Positions 38,665-50,844 of a stretch of 64,000 nt of DNA are shown piece by piece. Position numbers and translations under genes: made by a program. The notes beneath the pieces were generated by a model. That model ran no database searches and had not been told where the DNA came from. It saw only the letters and a list, made by a program, of their open reading frames with translations. The stretch is from Mobula hypostoma (Eukaryota): assembly GCF_963921235.1 (NCBI RefSeq), contig NC_086097.1, positions 181,166,001 to 181,230,000 of the forward strand, written 5' to 3'. The first letter of the stretch is position 1. Each line of letters opens with the position of its first letter.

Positions 38665-39226
38665 CGTTATGTTTTGTAACTTCAAAACATTAAACTAATT
38701 AGAAGGAAAACAAGCAGTCAAGGGATATGGATCTATATCTTTGTCTTTTTACTTTAAGCGAGGCACACACATATTACGTGGTAGTGTCATGACGTATGCA
38801 ATTCCTTTTTTTTACAGATAGCCATAATGAATTATATAAACAACAAAGAATGAAGAATGTTTAATCAAAAAATAAATTTATAAGAATACTCAAATATTAA
38901 ATTCACAATACTCCTCCCTACTTGGCTGTGAACTCCAACTCAATAGAGAATGCATCTCAAAGTATACACAGTTTATTATATAATATAGCTACTATATATA
39001 GACATCCACAGCATAATAAATTTTAAATTATCCCCTTCAGGCCTAAAGGTTTAATCGCTGTGGAGGCTTTCTTACTTTTGTGGGATAACATCCTTCCTGA
39101 GAAGGGGGATCACTCTGCTTGGCAGGTGCGACTTGTGGCTGTGAAAACAATCTCAGGTTCTGGGGCTGCCTCTGGTGGTTGTAGGAGTTGATTCTAAGAC
39201 TGCAGAATATGGTTCTGACAGCTCTA

Positions 39227-39790
39227 GACATCTTTCTTTTTCCTTTTTCTTCTAGTTTGTGCATCTTGATCTTGGGAAGGTACATTTGGTTCACTGGAGT
39301 ATTCTCTTATTAATCCTTCTGTTGCTCCCTTTACAATCTGATCTGATCTCTCCTCTTGGTCTCCTCATCCACAACATCATCTGATGAGTCCTCTACTTTT
39401 TTATCTCCACTGACTCCTTTCTTTTTGGCCTTCCATTCTTCCAGTTGGGCTTTGGTCTTTGCATATACTTTTACAAGCAGCTTTTTGCCTCCCACTTGAA
39501 GTTCGTGCGATAACCTTAATGCACACAGTGAATTCTGGTTCTTTATACTCACAAGAGCCGAATGCTTGCAATTTTTGTGAAGCTCCCTGAGCGCTCTTCC
39601 AGCTTAAAGCCAGGCTACATTTTGCAAGTAACTACCAGATTAAAATATCAGAAGTTTTCTCAGATATGTTGCCTACAAAAACTGTTAGAGTCGGACCACT
39701 ACTTTCATTACTTTCACAATTCCTCTGAGCAGCATGGTACTTCCTTGGTTCAATATGCTTTCCAATCAGAGAGACAAAGGTTGGCACCCA
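39227..39790 (-). pseudogene. RBM25: Processed RBM25 fragment (RRM region), disabled
   Basis: GPTLTVFVGNISEKTSDILIW*LLAKC...SWK..QGASQKLQAFGSCEYKEPE / ALRLSHELQVGGKKLLVKVYAKTKAQLEEWKAKKK...DEETKRRDQ / KGATEGLIREYSSE matches recalled RBM25; one stop and two frameshifts; continuous with no introns. Confidence 0.9.
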
Positions 39791-40258
39791 CTTTTGTTTG
39801 CCCTCTATTGGGCAACAGTTCATGAAATACAGCAAGGAGACAGTTGTGGCATCATCCTTTCTTAATTTGCTTTTTGCAAGTTTCACTTGTAAATGTGCAT
39901 TTCTCTGGTGTAAGTGAGTCCTTGCCACAATGGTAACACAATTTGTTTAACCAAGCTGGTTTCTGTTTAGAGGTTGCGGTTTTGTTCACACTCACTTTCA
40001 TTCCTGACTGCAACTTAATTGCATCTCTCTCTGGGGTTTCTATTGATACAGCTATCTCAACTGCTCTTTTAAGTTGTGCTTCAGCTAGGAGCTCTTTCTT
40101 GTTAGATTTCACAAACTAAATGATCTCTCGGTGCATCATCAAGCCCATTATTGAAATGACAGTGCTTGGACAATTCCTTCAATTCAGCGACATAAGCTGA
40201 AAGAGATCCCCCTTGCTTTTGATTCCATTTATGAAACCTAAAGCTTTCTGCATTATAT

Positions 40259-41053
40259 TGTCATGTACCCCGTGATGGGTTAAAGAACCAGCAGAGATGG
40301 AAAACACTTTGGAGTCCAGTATTGCTATTAACTAATAGTATTTATTAGTAACTACGCAATACAGTAACATAAAATCAGATATATAAAACAAGTTAGCAAA
40401 GTATATGTGTGTGTGGAAATATATGAAAATCAAGCTTCTTTGAGTTTGGGGGTAAATAGATACTTACGATGATGAGTAAAGTTCAGTTCAGTTCATGGTG
40501 TTCAGTTGAGTAGTGATGGAGAGAGGGAGAGTGGGAGAGGTTTCAGTCTTCAGGTGAGCTGATGCCGTCAATCTTCCCGTTGTCCTCTGAAATCCTTTAG
40601 AAGTCACCAACTGTGACCACAACAAAGGGGACTGTTCTTCTGCGGTGGAATTATCAACCCAGGCGAGGGTTGGACACACAAACAACTCCCCACTGGTCGC
40701 TCTCTTTTCACACTGCGAGAGCCTGATCGATCCTCTAAAACCCACCTTTTCTATGGGCACAACAAAGCTCATTCAGTATCCAAAACCATGTGTCTCGGTC
40801 GATCACCTGACCTTCTATTTATCTCACCGTGCTGAATACCAACTGTCACTCAAGCAGCTCCTCCCTTCTCTGTAAGAATTTCCAAGCAGGCAGCGTCCTT
40901 GTAGAAATGTAAACATACTGTGAGCAGTCTTCGCCTGTCTCTCTCTTAAAACAAGATGTCGGTGTTAAATAACTCTCTCTCTCTCTTTTCAAAAGCACAG
41001 TTCATAGGGGTAATCGAGCACAGTTCGTAGGGGTAATTCAGGACCCCGTCACA
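40259..41053. mobile_element. Solo LTR of a second LTR family nested in the Gypsy gag
   Basis: TGT...ACA termini, 4-bp TSD atat (40255-40258, 41054-41057); gag reading resumes on both sides. Confidence 0.75.
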
Positions 41054-42207
41054 ATATTAACAATATCAGCAAAGCTCACTTCAGCTGATTTGGTTGGAGC
41101 AGTCAAACTTCAAAACAAACTGTATGCCTTTAAACCCAATGCAGTCAGCATAATTGGTATTCATTTCCCATTGGTTATTTCATTTGCTTCAAAGTATTGT
41201 TCAATTAGCTCAGTATACAAAATTCAGTCATCTGTTGTGGAATCTACTGGTCAATCTTGCCAATGTAGCCAGCCATTTCTGCCTTTATTTTCTCATTATT
41301 ATCACTCGGTACTCACTGTTTATGAATCTGTGATTTCTTCCATTTTTTTGCTTTTAAAAAAATCAATGTTGTCTTCCCTTACAAAGAACACATGCTGTGC
41401 TGTGCTTTTTTTAATACTCAAATATCTTGCTGCGCTTCAACAAGTTGATAGTCATCTCAGGTTAATTTTAAAAATACCACATCATCACTGTTAGGTTTTG
41501 TGATTGCAAAACATTAAACTAATTGGAAGAAAAAGGAGCCAAGAGATGTTGGTCTAACTTCATATTTTCACTTTAAGCAAGGTGCACACATAACATCATG
41601 ATATTTGCATTTTGCATATTTTTACATATAACTATATTGAATGATATAAACAACAAAGAATGCTTAATCAAACAGTATAGTTATTAGATAACTCAAATAT
41701 TACTGAAATACTAAATACTTAACACATACCTGTCTTTTACTCCTTGCAGTTAGTCTTTAAATACCCTCCACATGTCAAATGTGGACTTGCCCAAAAACAG
41801 CTGTTGACAATTAACTCCAGCTAGTTCCTGCCTAATGCTCTTGTAATTTGCCCTGTTCAGTCAAGCCTGTATGAGTTAAATACAGAGGGAAGTTCTTTGC
41901 TGATCAAGGAGATGCTAAGAATTTTGGATTGAGAACCTTGGAGACAGGTTAAAGTCAAGTTTATTACCATATGCACAACTATGTATATTGACAGGTGCAA
42001 TGAAAAATTTAATTGCAGCAGTGTAACAGCACATATAAGCAACATTCGCAAGACGGACATAAAACAATTATTGCTAGAAAGAACACAATTAGAACAAAAG
42101 TTCATTTTAGTGCAAAGTTATCGAAGTGATCATCATATTGCTAAACAGTGGTGATTAGGATTGTGCTGATTAATGGTGAACTCATTTCTTCCTTTTCTGT
42201 ATTTTAG

Positions 42208-42372
42208 GCAGTTCTTGTTTGTTGTGCTTTTCACTACTTTCCTATTCAACTGTGTGGAATATGATGTGCTCTTTGCAAATAAGTTCATAAACCATACTGG
42301 ATCGGGGTACCCGGAGAGGAATAAAGTCACTCTGCCTGATGCAATTCTACCCACTGAGGAATGTACCACAAG
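42208..42372 (+). CDS. ATG9B: ATG9B coding exon 4 (QFLFVVLFTTFLFNCVEYDVLFANK...CTTR)
   Basis: ttttag| acceptor, ag|gtaaga donor, 165 nt phase 2-2, ATG9 first transmembrane region. Confidence 0.93.
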
Positions 42373-43447
42373 GTAAGAGCTGGTTCTGGGTATGTGTTGC
42401 ATAGACAAGGAGCTGAGCCAGACAGACAGATAGATGGATAGATCTATGAGAACCTAGAACAGCATAGTACAGGCCCTTCGCCCACAATGTTGTGCCAACC
42501 TTTTAACCTTCTCTCGGATCAATATAACCTTTCCCCACCACATAGTCCTCTCATTTTTCTTTCATCTCATCCAAGTACTGACCTAAGATTTTTTTTAAAT
42601 GTCCCTAATGTTCTGCCTCTACCACCACACCTGGCAGGTCATTTTACACACCCACCACTTTCTGTGTTTAAAGAAAAAACCTGCCTCTGACATCCTCCAT
42701 ATACTTTCTTCCAATCACCTTAAAATTATGCCCTCTTCTATTTGCCATTTTCACTGTAAAAAGAATTCTGGATTCACAAACTGTTTGGGGTATCCGACAG
42801 TTCCTGGTGGACTGGGAAGGACTCGAACCCCAGGAACGGTGCTGTGTTCCTGAAAGGGACAACATGGATCTGGATCTCTACATGACTACCATTGTTGTCT
42901 CTCCGAGCAGCTTGGGTGATCAAGAGTTGGCCGTAGGGGAGGGGCCCTGTTACAACACACACCCAACCGCACCTGCTTCTGCCGTTTAGACACTCCCAAC
43001 TCTCTGGAGTACGGATAGCTGGCGCATCCCCTTTAAGGATTCAGGACTGTACCGCATATTGGCAGTCATGTTTTGGGCCCAAGATTTGAGTATTTAAAGA
43101 GTACCTGAAATGCGGTTCAGTCCTCAATCGTATACCTAATCAGAAATATTGTCTAGTGTTTTGGTTTGCTCAGTTCTCATTCCAGCTTTTTCGGCACGGA
43201 CTAGAAAGGCTGAGATGGCTTGTTTCCATGTTGTAAAAAGTTTCAGGCTGTCCACTCTGTCTATGCCTCTTATACACTTATGTCAAGTCATCCTTTGCTC
43301 CAAAGAGAAAAGCCTATCATTCCACCTATCCTCATAAGACATGCTCTCTAATCCAGGCAATATCCTAGTAAATCTTGCCTGCACCCTCTATAAAGTTTCT
43401 ACATCCTTACTGTAATGAGGCGACCAGAAATAAACATAATATTCCAA

Positions 43448-45522
43448 GCAACATACATCAAAGTTGCTGGTGAACGCAGCAGGCCAGGCAGCATCTATAG
43501 GAAGAGGCGCAGTCGACGTTTCAGGCCGAGACCCTTCGTCAGGACTAACTGAAGGAAGAGTGAGTAAGGGATTTGAAAGCTGGAGGGGGAGGGGGAGATG
43601 CAAAATGATAGGAGAAGACAGGAGGGGGAGGGATGGAGCCGAGAGCTGGACAGGTGATAGGCAGAAGGGGATACGAGAGGATCATGGGACAGGAGGTCCG
43701 GGAAGAAAGACGGGGGGGGGGGGTGACCCAGAGGATGGGCAAGAGGTATATTCAGAGGGACAGAGGGAGAAAAAGGAGAGTGAGAGAAAGAATGTGTGCA
43801 TTAAAAAGAGTAACAGATGGGGTACGAGGGGGAGGTGGGGCCTAGCGGAAGTTAGAGAAGTCAATGTTCATGCCATCAGGTTGGAGGCTACCCAGACGGA
43901 ATATAAGGTGTTGTTCCTCCAACCTGAGTGTGGCTTCATCTTTACAGTAGAGGAGGCCGTGGATAGACATGTCAGAATGGGAATGGGATGTGGAATTAAA
44001 ATGTGTGGCCACTGGGAGATCCTGCTTTCTCTGGCGGACAGAGCGTAGATGTTCAGCAAAGCGGTCTCCCAGTCTGCGTCGGGTCTCACCAATATATAAA
44101 AGGCCACATCGGGAGCACCGGACGCAGTATATCACCCCAGTCGACTCACAGGTGAAGTGATGCCTCACCTGGAAGGACTGTTTGGGCCCCTGAATGGTGG
44201 TAAGGGAGGAAGTGTAAGGGCATGTGTAGCACTTGTTCCGCTTACACGGATAAGTGCCAGCAGGGAGATCAGTGGGGAGGGATGGGGGGGACGAATGGAC
44301 AAGGGAGTTGCGTAGGGAGCGATCCCTGCGGAATGCAGAGAGAGGCGGGGAGGGAAAGATATGCTTAGTGGTGGGATCCCGTTGGAGGTGGCGGAAGTTA
44401 CGGAGAATAATATGTTGGACCCGGAGGCTGGTGGGGTGGTAGGTGAGGACCAGGGGAACCCTATTCCTAGTGGGGTGGTGGGAGGATGGAGTGAGAGCAG
44501 ATGTACGTGAAATGGGGGAGATGCGTTTAAGAGCAGAGTTGATAGTGGAGGAAGGGAAGCCCCTTTCTTTAAAAAATGAAGACATCTCCCTCGTCCTAGA
44601 ATGAAAAGCCTCATCCTGAGAGCAGATGCGGCGGAGACGGAGGAATTGCGAGAAGGGGATGGCGTTTTTGCAAGAGACAGGGTGAGAAGAGGAATAGTCC
44701 AGATAGTTGTGAGAGTCAGTAGGCTTATAGTAGACATCAGTGGATAAGCTGTCTCCAGAGACAGAGACAGAAAGATCTAGAAAGGGGAGGGAGGTGTCAG
44801 AAATGGACCAGGTAAACTTGAGGGCAGGGTGAAAGTTGGAGGCAAAGTTAATAAAGTCAACGAGTTCTGCATGCGTGCAGGAAGCAGCGCCAATGCAGTC
44901 GTCGATGTAGCGAAGGACAAGTGGGGGACAGATACCAGAATAGGCACGGAACATAGATTGTTCCACAAACCCAACAAAAAGGCAGGCATAGCTAGGACCC
45001 ATACGGGTGCCCATAGCTACACCTTTAGTTTGGAGGAAATGGGAGGAGCAAAAGGAGAAATTATTAAGAGTAAGGACTAATTCTGCTAGACGGAGCAGAG
45101 TGGTGGTAGAGGGGAACTGATTAGGTCTGGAATCCAAAAAGAAGCGTAGAGCTTTGAGACCTTCCTGATGGGGGATGGAAGTATATAGGGACTGGACATC
45201 CAAGGTAAAAATAAAGCGGTGGGGGCCAGGGAACTTAAAATCATCGAAAAGTTTAAGAGCGTGAGAAGTGTCACGAACATAGGTCGGAAGGGATTGAACA
45301 AGGGGTGATAAAACAGTGTCGAGGTATGCAGAAACAAGTTCGGTGGGGCAGGAGCAAGCTGAGACAATAGGTCGGCCAGGACAGGCAGGTTTGTGGATCT
45401 TGGGTAGGAGGTAGAAACGGGAAGTGCGGGGTGTGGGAACTATAAGGTTGGTAGCAGTGGATGGGAGATCCCCTGAGCGGATAAAGTCGTTGATAGTGTG
45501 GGAGACAATGGCCTGGTGCTCC
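43448..45522 (-). mobile_element. Penelope-like retroelement, 5'-truncated, with uninterrupted RT plus GIY-YIG endonuclease ORF and 3' terminal repeat
   Basis: ORF 43842-45572: LPKIHK, GRPIVS, LDVQSLYT, GVAMG, RYIDD, FLD, YYKPT; GVIY...LYIGET...RFAEH GIY-YIG. Inserted in an antisense CR1 with tccaag duplicated (43443-43448, 45520-45525). Confidence 0.95.
43511..43546 (-). ncRNA. Minimal type I hammerhead ribozyme motif in the Penelope 3' repeat
   Basis: Minus strand reads agtc-CTGACGA-agggtctcggcct-GAAAC-GTC-gact. Confidence 0.75.
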
Positions 45523-46349
45523 AAGTGTGGTCTAACCAGAGCTTTAGAGTAAAAGTAACCCAGCAATTTCATGAACAGTCACCTGTGGAATGGAGATCTG
45601 TTGCAAATAATGAGCCAATATGCCATTGCTTTGTGATAATAAAGATAGAAAAGTACAACATTAGAATGACCATTTAGCTCATGATGCTGTGCAGATCTGA
45701 ATTAATTGTATACTAAATGTCCTCCTATGTAATATCTATATCTCCCCATTCTCTGTCTGAAGGGTATGGATAAGGTGGTCAGTCAGAGTCTTTTTTTATC
45801 CCAGGTTTGGGGAGTCCATAACTAGAGTGCACAGATAAGAGGGGAGAGATTTAACATGCCCAAGAGGTAACCTCTTTATACAGAGGGTGATGAGAACCTG
45901 GAATGAGCTGCCAGAGGACATGGTTGAGGCAGGTCCAATTGCATCAGTTACGAGGTATTTGGATAGATGTATAGAGGGGACAGGCTTGGAGAGTTTTGAG
46001 CAGCTGGAAATAATGTGGGGGGAGGGGTTGCTGTGGTTGGCATGGACCAGTAGGGCTGAAGGGCCTATTTCTGTACTGCATTACTCTAAAAGTAATCTAG
46101 CTTAAAGATGTTAAACTACACCATACCACTTGCTCCCACTGCTACCCCAATAATCCAATCCAAGCACCTACCACTCTATAACTTGCTGCTCACATACTTT
46201 TAAACTTCCTCCCCTGACCTTAAATACGTGTTCTTTGATTTTGTCATTTATACCCAGGAGAAAAGATTCTCACCGCCTGCCCTATCTTTGCCTCTTATAG
46301 TTTTAACAACCTTTTGTCGTATTTCCCCTCAGCCTCCAACACTCTAGGG

Positions 46350-47615
46350 CAGCCTTTCTCAACCTTTTTGCCCTGGAGGAACCCTTGAAATAATATTCAG
46401 GTCTCAGGGAACCCCTGCATAAAGAGCATTATATCTATAGCTAACGATACATTTGATCAGTAAGTTATATATATAAAATCCAAAAATAATTGTCAATGCT
46501 CTTGAGTAAAGAATGAATTTTTAGCCAAATTTCCTTTGGTGGGGGGGGGGGGGAACAGTTCAGTTTAGCTTTGCCATTCTTGAAGTTAATCTTTCTTTCC
46601 CTTTCATAAATTTTTGAAACTCATAAGGCAATCATAATAAATTTCTCAATTCTGAATCGAACTTGAGGTAACTTCGCACAGATTTCACCTTCAACTGAAA
46701 TGACTATTTCTGTCCCTGCTCTTGCTGCTCGTTAACCAAGAAAAAGTTTGCTCACACATGTAGGAAGTTGAAAACTGCAGCAAAATATTCATTGCTTTCC
46801 TATGAATGGCAGGATATTCTTCTTTCACAGAAATCCAGAACTTGTCCAGGGCAGGTCAGTAAATCTTATCTTGAGTGCACGATCAGAATGTAACAGAAAT
46901 ATAACATAGAAACATAGAAACCTACAGCACATTACAGGCCCATCAGCCCACAATGTTGTGCCGACCATGTAACCTACTCTAGAAACTGCCTACAATTTCT
47001 CTACCACATAGCCCTCTATTTTTCTAAGTTCCATGTACCTATCCAAGAGTCTCTTAAAAGACCTCATCGTATCTGCCTCCACCACCGTTGCCGGCGGTGC
47101 ATTCTACGCACCCACCAGTCTCTGTGTGAAAAATTTATCCTGGATGTCCCCTCTATATCTACTTCTAAACACCTTAAAACTATGCCCCTCGTGTTAGCCA
47201 TTTCAGCCCTAGGAAAAAGCCTATCCACACAATCAATACCTCTCATCATCTTGTACACCTGTATCAGGTCAGCTCTCATCCTTCGTCACTCCAAGGAGAA
47301 AAGGTCAAATTGGGTGAGTCCATTCAATGCTCAGAAAACACACTTCATGCTCCTCAATAGCCTATTGTCCTCCCCTCATGCAATACAGCTCCCCTCATCC
47401 AATTATCAACGGTCTCCTCTATCTTGCATCAAAAACTCAGAATGGACTCAACCAAGTAAACATGGTCCAGCTGCGCGCTGCCATACTGGGCTGGAATTGC
47501 TAACAGGGCTACTCGTTCACTGCCCACCACTGAGCACTAGCATCACGCATTGCACCAAGTTCAAAAAACGAACCCCTAGTGACCTCTCTCATGGAACCTT
47601 GGCTGAGAAAGCCTG
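46350..47615 (-). mobile_element. hAT (Charlie-like) internally deleted DNA transposon with a nested CR1 tail (~46900-47305)
   Basis: TIRs cagcctttctc / gagaaagcctg; 8-bp TSD ctctaggg (46342-46349, 47616-47623); dimerisation-domain remnant FWISVKEEYPAIHRKAMNILLQFSTSYMCEQTFS on the - strand. Confidence 0.88.
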
Positions 47616-49269
47616 CTCTAGGGAGAACAACCCAAGTTTGTCCAACTTTCCTTTTGGCATATACTCTGATCCAGGTAGCATTCTGGTAAACTTCTTGTGC
47701 ACCCTTTTCACACTCTTTCCTGTAATGGGGTAACCAGAGCCACACACACTTCTCCAAGTCCTCATTGGCACCTCACTGACTGGGCTGTGCTGAAATGAAT
47801 TAGTGACGTGATGTTTTGCTCTGTGGATCCTGAGAACACTAGCTGTGTAGTGAAGTCAAGTCCTTACAAGTCCATGTTGCTAATTGGTGTGAGTCAACTT
47901 TTGAAAACTGACCTGCAGAGACAAATCTTAATACTTCATTGCTCTGCCAGGGAAATTTTGTTATTTAATTCAAAACACTCTTCATGACTTTGTTATTGTC
48001 TGTTCCACAAATATTTCAAGGATACCAGGGAAAGCTTCTCAGCTTTTGGTTATCCTGACAGTGCAGAGCTTCTTCATTGTTCTGTTAGTGCTGTACCCTT
48101 GATAGTACAATATGCCCTCAGCACTGCAATTCCAGCAGTATAGAGCTCCTTTATCATTGACACAAGATTATGCAGGTGCTGGAAGTCTAGAGTAATACAC
48201 CCAAAATGCTGGAGGAACTCAGCAAGTCAGGCAGCATCTATGGAGGAGAATAAGCTGATGATGTTTCAGGCCAAGACCTTCATCAGAAGTGGATAGGAAA
48301 GGGGCAAAAGCCAGGTTATGGTGGGCGGAGTAGGTAGGGGTACAAGCTGGCTCACAATGTTCTGCCGACCATGTAACCTACATCACATGCCAGTGATAAT
48401 AAACCTGATTCTGATGAAGAAACTGTGAGAAGCTGCCTGACTTGCTGAGTTCCTCCATTTCCAGCATTTTGTGTATGTTGCTTTATCATCGTCTCTCTCA
48501 ATATGATCCCTCTGACAGTGCCATACTCCCTCACTACTATGCTGAAGTGTGGGTGGGAGCTAAACCTCCATACTGTTCAAAGTCAGAAATAATATTCATT
48601 AAGTCACTACGGCCATCTTAGTCACTGTTAGTAATTCCTGTTTCTTGGAGTCTTTGCAAATAGTTGCTCATGGGTGTCTGTTGTACTGAGCCAGAATGGG
48701 AGTGATAGAGTGTTGGAAGCAAAGTTGCTGGTGACCTTTAAGAACTGTCTAGGTGACCAATTGAATCATCTAGGCATAGAAAGCTGCATGTCAAGTACTG
48801 AAAAATGGGATTAATATGGATGTCTAGCCGAACTGAGCTAGTCCCATGTGCCTGCATTTGGTCCGTATCTCTCTCAAACCTTTTCTATGTACCTGTCCAA
48901 ATGTCTTTTAATTGTACCCACCTCTACCATATCCTCTGGCAGTTCATTCCCTATATCCATGAATTGTAGAAGCTTCTCTCTGAAGGGTGGAGGATGGCCA
49001 GGTAATGTTAGTCAGGAGGGTTGAAAGCTGTGCACTGAGATGTTTACTGAACCATTTTCTATGCTGTACCCAAATAAGGTGAGTCATTGGCAGGTTGCAG
49101 CAAAGTAGGAATGTTTACAATATATCATGTTGACGAATCATTGCTGACAGCCTCTGCTGGCTCCTTCGTTCCGTTAGTTTTTCTCAATATGATTCAGTCC
49201 CACTTTTGTCTCTCCACAAGCCCTGATGACCCCCCAACAAGCTCTCACTAGTGACACCCTCACCAACAA

Positions 49270-49520
49270 GTAACCAGGCTGTTGGGTTCAAGCCTGCTTC
49301 ACAGAAATGAGTGCTAAAGCCCAGGCTGGCAGTCCTGGTGCAGTTCCAAGGAAATTATCTTTCTAATGCAGGATTAAACAGGAGTCAGTCTGCCCCCTCT
49401 CTGCTGAAGGTAAAAAGATCTGACGGCAACATTTCAAGGAAAAGCATGTGAGTCATTCCTGGTGTCCTTGTCAAACATTTCCCACAAACAACATCACAAA
49501 TAGGATCAGTCACACATCAT
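49270..49520 (+). mobile_element. Ancient Deu-domain SINE (SacSINE1/AmnSINE-like) remnant
   Basis: gtctgccccctct...ggtaaaagatc...cctggtgtccttgtcaaacattt...aacatcac resembles the recalled Deu-domain consensus. Confidence 0.6.
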
Positions 49521-50844
49521 TTTGAGTCCTTCGGAGTATTGAGCAACAGAGAGATCTTGGTGTGCAAATCCAAAGATCGTTGAACATAGAACATTTGACA
49601 GTATAGCGCATTAGAGGCCCTGTGGCCAAAGGTGTTGTGCTGACCTCTTAACCTGCTCCACAATCAATCTAACCTGTCTCTCCCACGTAGCCCACGGTCC
49701 TCCATTTCCTTTCACCTTTGTGTTTATCTAAGAATCTCTTAAATGTCCCTAATGTGTCAACTTCAGCCACCATCCCCATGAGTACATTCCAGGCCCCCAC
49801 CATGCTGTTTTTTAAAAAAAAACCTGCCTCTGATATCTCTCCTAAATTCCTCCACACACCTTGAACAGATGTCTAATTATATTAGCCATTACCACCCAGC
49901 AGTGCATTCCATGTATTTACCATTTTCATTGTAAAACAAAAAATCTCTGACATCACCCCTAAGCTTTCCTTCATACATGTTATAAGGATGCCCTCTGGTA
50001 TTAGCCATTGTCACCCTGGGAAACGGTACTAACTGTCCACTCAATCTATGCCTCTTATAATCTTATACACCTTTACTGAGACGCCTCTCATCTTCTTTTG
50101 CTCTAAACTCAACCTTTCCTCATAAGACGTGTTCTCTAAACCAGGCGGCATCCAGGTAAATCTCTGCACTCTTTCTAGTGCTTCTGCAACCTTCCAATAA
50201 TGAGACAACCAGAATTGAACACAATACTCCTACTGTGGTCTAACCAGAATTTTATAGAACTGCAAAATTACCTCATGGCTCTTAACCTCAATTCCCTGAT
50301 TTATGAAGACCATTGCACCATACGCCTTCTTAACCACCCAGTCAACTTACACAACAACCTTGAGGAATCTATGGATGTGGACCCCAAGATCCCTCTGTTC
50401 CTCCACACTGCTTAGTATCATGCCATTCACCCTGAACTCGGCCTTCAAGTTTAACCTTCCAAAATGAATCACCGCACTCTTCAAGATTGAACTCCATCTG
50501 TCACTTCTCAACCCAGCCCTGCATCCTGTTAATGTTCCGTTGTAACCTACAACTACCTTTGAATTGAAGGTGGCAAATTGGAGAGGTAATGTGGCAGATA
50601 TGATACTGGACTTCATTGGTTGGGGCTTTGAAAACAAGGGCAGGGATGTTATTTTATGTTCCATCTTGATGAAACATTGGTCAGACCTCAGCTGGAGTAT
50701 GTGTGCAGTTCTGGTTACCACATTAGAAGCTGGATTCGATGGACAAGGTACAGATGAGATTCACCAGGACATTCCATGGGATTGTTTCAGTTATGAAGAG
50801 ACAGTGGAGAGGCTGAGTCTATTCCCCTGGTGCAGAGGATGTTA

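Larger units (their letters stand above)
38665..41724 (-). mobile_element. Gypsy (Mag-like) LTR retrotransposon, internally deleted, with a captured RBM25 segment
   Basis: Diverged direct repeats ~38665-38910 and ~41489-41724; 5-bp TSD catac (38660-38664, 41725-41729); PPT agggaggag next to the 3' LTR; gag remnants MAGYIGKID (from 41276), IEQYFEANEI, FRFHKWNQ, CYHCGK; integrase-tail-like RKPPQRLNL. Confidence 0.85.

Noticed and set aside
39331..39928. ORFs 39331-39552 and 39632-39928 as a functional RBM25 gene
   Set aside because: In-frame stop, two frameshifts, partial, intronless and embedded in an LTR element; treated as a captured pseudogene fragment.
42755..43240. ~470-bp insert flanked by a tgtaaaaag direct repeat
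   Set aside because: Ends in a CR1-like tail but the body could not be assigned to any family; not enough evidence for a call.
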